DNA of 64,000 nucleotides from Fibrobacterales bacterium. GTDB lineage: Bacteria; Fibrobacterota; Fibrobacteria; Fibrobacterales; JAOPTW01. The DNA lies in assembly GCA_051532035.1 (NCBI GenBank), contig JAOPTW010000037.1, forward strand, positions 1-64,000. Reading direction: 5' to 3'. Shown here in pieces: positions 61,952-64,000 of this stretch. The position numbers and the translations under genes are program-made. The notes below the pieces were generated by a model. It saw only the letters and a list, made by a program, of their open reading frames with translations, made no database searches and was not told the origin of the DNA. Each line of letters begins with the position of its first letter. Within the stretch, counting starts at the first letter, position 1.

Positions 61952-62375
61952 CTTTAGCTCCTGTTTGTAGGGAGAATAATTGATAGCTTAACATATTTAA
62001 TGTACAAAAACCATAAGGTTTGAGATGCTCGGTTACTTTTATTGTTTTGAGTATTTAGGTAATTGATTTTGTAATCACTGCTTATTACAGCGGTATGATC
62101 CCCTCAATGGGGCAGGGGTATGTGAAATTGGTAAGCTTGGAGGGTTTTTATATAGTAAGCAATGGTGGGCTCAGCTTCACCATATTCATTTGGATCCTAG
62201 TCGTTTTGAATATACCGTAATGGATGCTGTTTTATTCTAAAACATAAAGCCCTCTACAAAACAGTGGAAGGCTTTAAGGTACTCCTATTGAGTTGCCTTC
62301 TGTTTATGAATCATTTACAGCTTAAGCCAGTATTTCTTTATATTTAATGGGGTTTCTTCTGATAGTAAAGGATTG

Positions 62376-62621
62376 TCAACAGTAAAGATGAGCCTGTTTG
62401 CGCAATAAAGCTCGTCCTCTTGACATTGGCTCCTTCGCATACGTAATGTGGTAATTTCCATGGGTTTTAACCGTAGCATCAAGAGCTTCTTTTAAGATTC
62501 TATGAGAGTAAACATGTCTTTTGTCATCTTTAGAAATCCCTGGAGCGAGTTTAATAACTGTTTGAGCGAGTAACGCCTGCGCCAATAATAGTATCGAAAA
62601 GAGTAGCGATTTTTTTTCCAT
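62376..62621 (-). pseudogene. Truncated periplasmic substrate-binding-like protein
   Basis: Signal peptide then D.RHVY...ILKEALDAT...G.Y........MSRGRAL, ending after about 81 aa. Confidence 0.55.
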
Positions 62622-62663
62622 GAGATCTCCCATTCTAAAATATCGATCTGTATTCCACAATTA

Positions 62664-63125
62664 TTAATTTGATATAATAGGGAATAGTGTCCACTTAATA
62701 TACCAGTGTGAATCTGAGGTATCCCGATCAAGACACACTACGCCACTATTTTGAAATTTCAGTATTTCTACTTCAGAGGTTCCACATATAAGATAGGCAC
62801 AGAGGTGGTGTAGATAGGGGAGGTGTCCGACTATCATGGTGTTGTTATTGTGCAAGGAATCTCCCAAAGCAGATACCTCATGATTGGGTGATAGAGTGTC
62901 CAGCTCTGTGAGGCCGCCTAATGGATGGAGGGCTTCGGCAAAAATTTTTGCGGTATCAATAGCTCTTTTTTTGTCACTATGTATAATATGAGTAACATCA
63001 ACTTCACGGATTTGTAGTTGTTCCGCTGTAGTATGGGTAATTTTCTTCCCTTCTTCTGTTAATCCTCTGGTAGAGTCAACCTCTTTTGGATGGGCCTGTC
63101 CGTGTTGTACGAGAAAAAGTGCCAT
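62664..63125 (-). CDS. sixA: Phosphohistidine phosphatase SixA
   Basis: LVQHGQA, R.LT.EG, HS.K.RA..TA, VGHLP. Confidence 0.88.
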   Translation of the reverse strand: MALFLVQHGQAHPKEVDSTRGLTEEGKKITHTTAEQLQIREVDVTHIIHSDKKRAIDTAKIFAEALHPLGGLTELDTLSPNHEVSALGDSLHNNNTMIVGHLPYLHHLCAYLICGTSEVEILKFQNSGVVCLDRDTSDSHWYIKWTLFPIISN

Positions 63126-63430
63126 GGTAATATCTCCCTGATGTTTTGTGATATAGTATCATACTTTATATAGTGTGTAAATGAAAATCCTTTCATGACT
63201 TGGAAAGGGCAGTGTCGCCAGTTTTTAAAAATGTTTCGTAAAAAAAGGTCTTTTTAGAATCACGGTTTTTTCACTATGGAAAATTCCGGTTCCTGCACTC
63301 GTAACCTATATCTCACCTTCAGAAATAACATGGGTATTAGCCATATTTATCAGTAATTGTTGTCTAAAACAGCATTTTATTAGCTAAAATGTGGTACTAT
63401 GTATAGAAACCAATTCAATCTTAGGGATAT

Positions 63431-64000
63431 ATGTTTCGATTTGAATTATTGATTACTCTGATATTTCTATTCATAAGTGTCGGAGCTACCAAAGATACGA
63501 TAGAACTGAATAGGCAGGAATTGGACAATCTATTTGACATGTCAATAGAAGATCTGATGTCCATGAAAATTACATCAGCAAGTTTAAGTAATTTGAAAAA
63601 GTCACTTTCTCCTACAGATGTTATTCTTATCACTTCAAATAATATACAGCATTCTGGTGCGCGTTCGATTGATGAAGTGTTAGAAATATTTGTTCCGAGT
63701 TTTAATAAACTTATTAAAGGGAAGTTTGGTGATGCCATTGGGATTCGCGGAATTATTAGTGATAGAAATAACAAAATTCTTTTTCTCGTAAATGGTCGAA
63801 TCATGAATGATAGGAGTCTGATTGGTGCATTTTCAGAAAGACAAATTACTATGCTCGCAGATATTGAGAGAATTGAAGTAATACAAAGCCCTCAATCCGC
63901 ATTGTATGGAACAGGGGCCATTAGTGGAATAGTAAGTATTTATACCAAAACGGGATCAGAGTTTAAAAAGGGGGTGGAGGTTACTTCTCATGTCGGCCTC
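63431..64000 (+). CDS. TonB-dependent receptor, N-terminal plug (runs off the window; absent from the ORF track)
   Basis: Own translation: MFRFELLITLIFLFISVGA...LFDMSIEDLMSMKITSAS...GARSIDEVL...GIRG...ILFLVNGR...IERIEVIQSPQSALYGTGAISGIVSIYTK. Confidence 0.9.
   Translation, partial: MFRFELLITLIFLFISVGATKDTIELNRQELDNLFDMSIEDLMSMKITSASLSNLKKSLSPTDVILITSNNIQHSGARSIDEVLEIFVPSFNKLIKGKFGDAIGIRGIISDRNNKILFLVNGRIMNDRSLIGAFSERQITMLADIERIEVIQSPQSALYGTGAISGIVSIYTKTGSEFKKGVEVTSHVGL

Noticed and set aside
2071..61970. Numerous short ORFs overlapping the long genes (for example 2071-2604, 12559-13065, 29260-29517, 58584-58940)
   Set aside because: Antisense or off-frame shadows of well-supported CDSs.

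Overview
AT-rich bacterial chromosomal window, most likely Fibrobacterota (two FISUMP lipoproteins, a TIGR02147 gene, Ser-rich lipoprotein linkers). It holds no housekeeping, rRNA, tRNA, CRISPR or transposase genes and reads as an accessory region made of modules: an RHH-like/PspA/YqiJ/YqiK-flotillin/TerB envelope-stress operon, LRR and FISUMP lipoproteins, a degenerate HD-GYP plus FapA pair, a ~2450 aa PKD/cadherin-like/DUF285 surface lipoprotein, GH16, spondin, omptin-like genes, a 12 kb eight-gene putative lipid biosynthesis cluster (class I HMG-CoA reductase, UbiA-like, RPH-like dikinase, DUF3419/BtaA-like, polyprenol kinase-like, GNAT, OleC-like ligase, MMPL), a CheR/CheB/hybrid-kinase locus without chemoreceptors, SixA and a partial TonB-dependent receptor. 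The main unexplained signal is intergenic: many spacers between modules contain + strand fragments that I recognise by eye as parts of one PLD/SF2-helicase/DUF3427 gene. Several fragments occur twice or three times as direct repeats that bracket whole cargo modules, which suggests a helicase-gene-anchored gene accretion hotspot. Family assignments come from motif recognition only; no searches were run.
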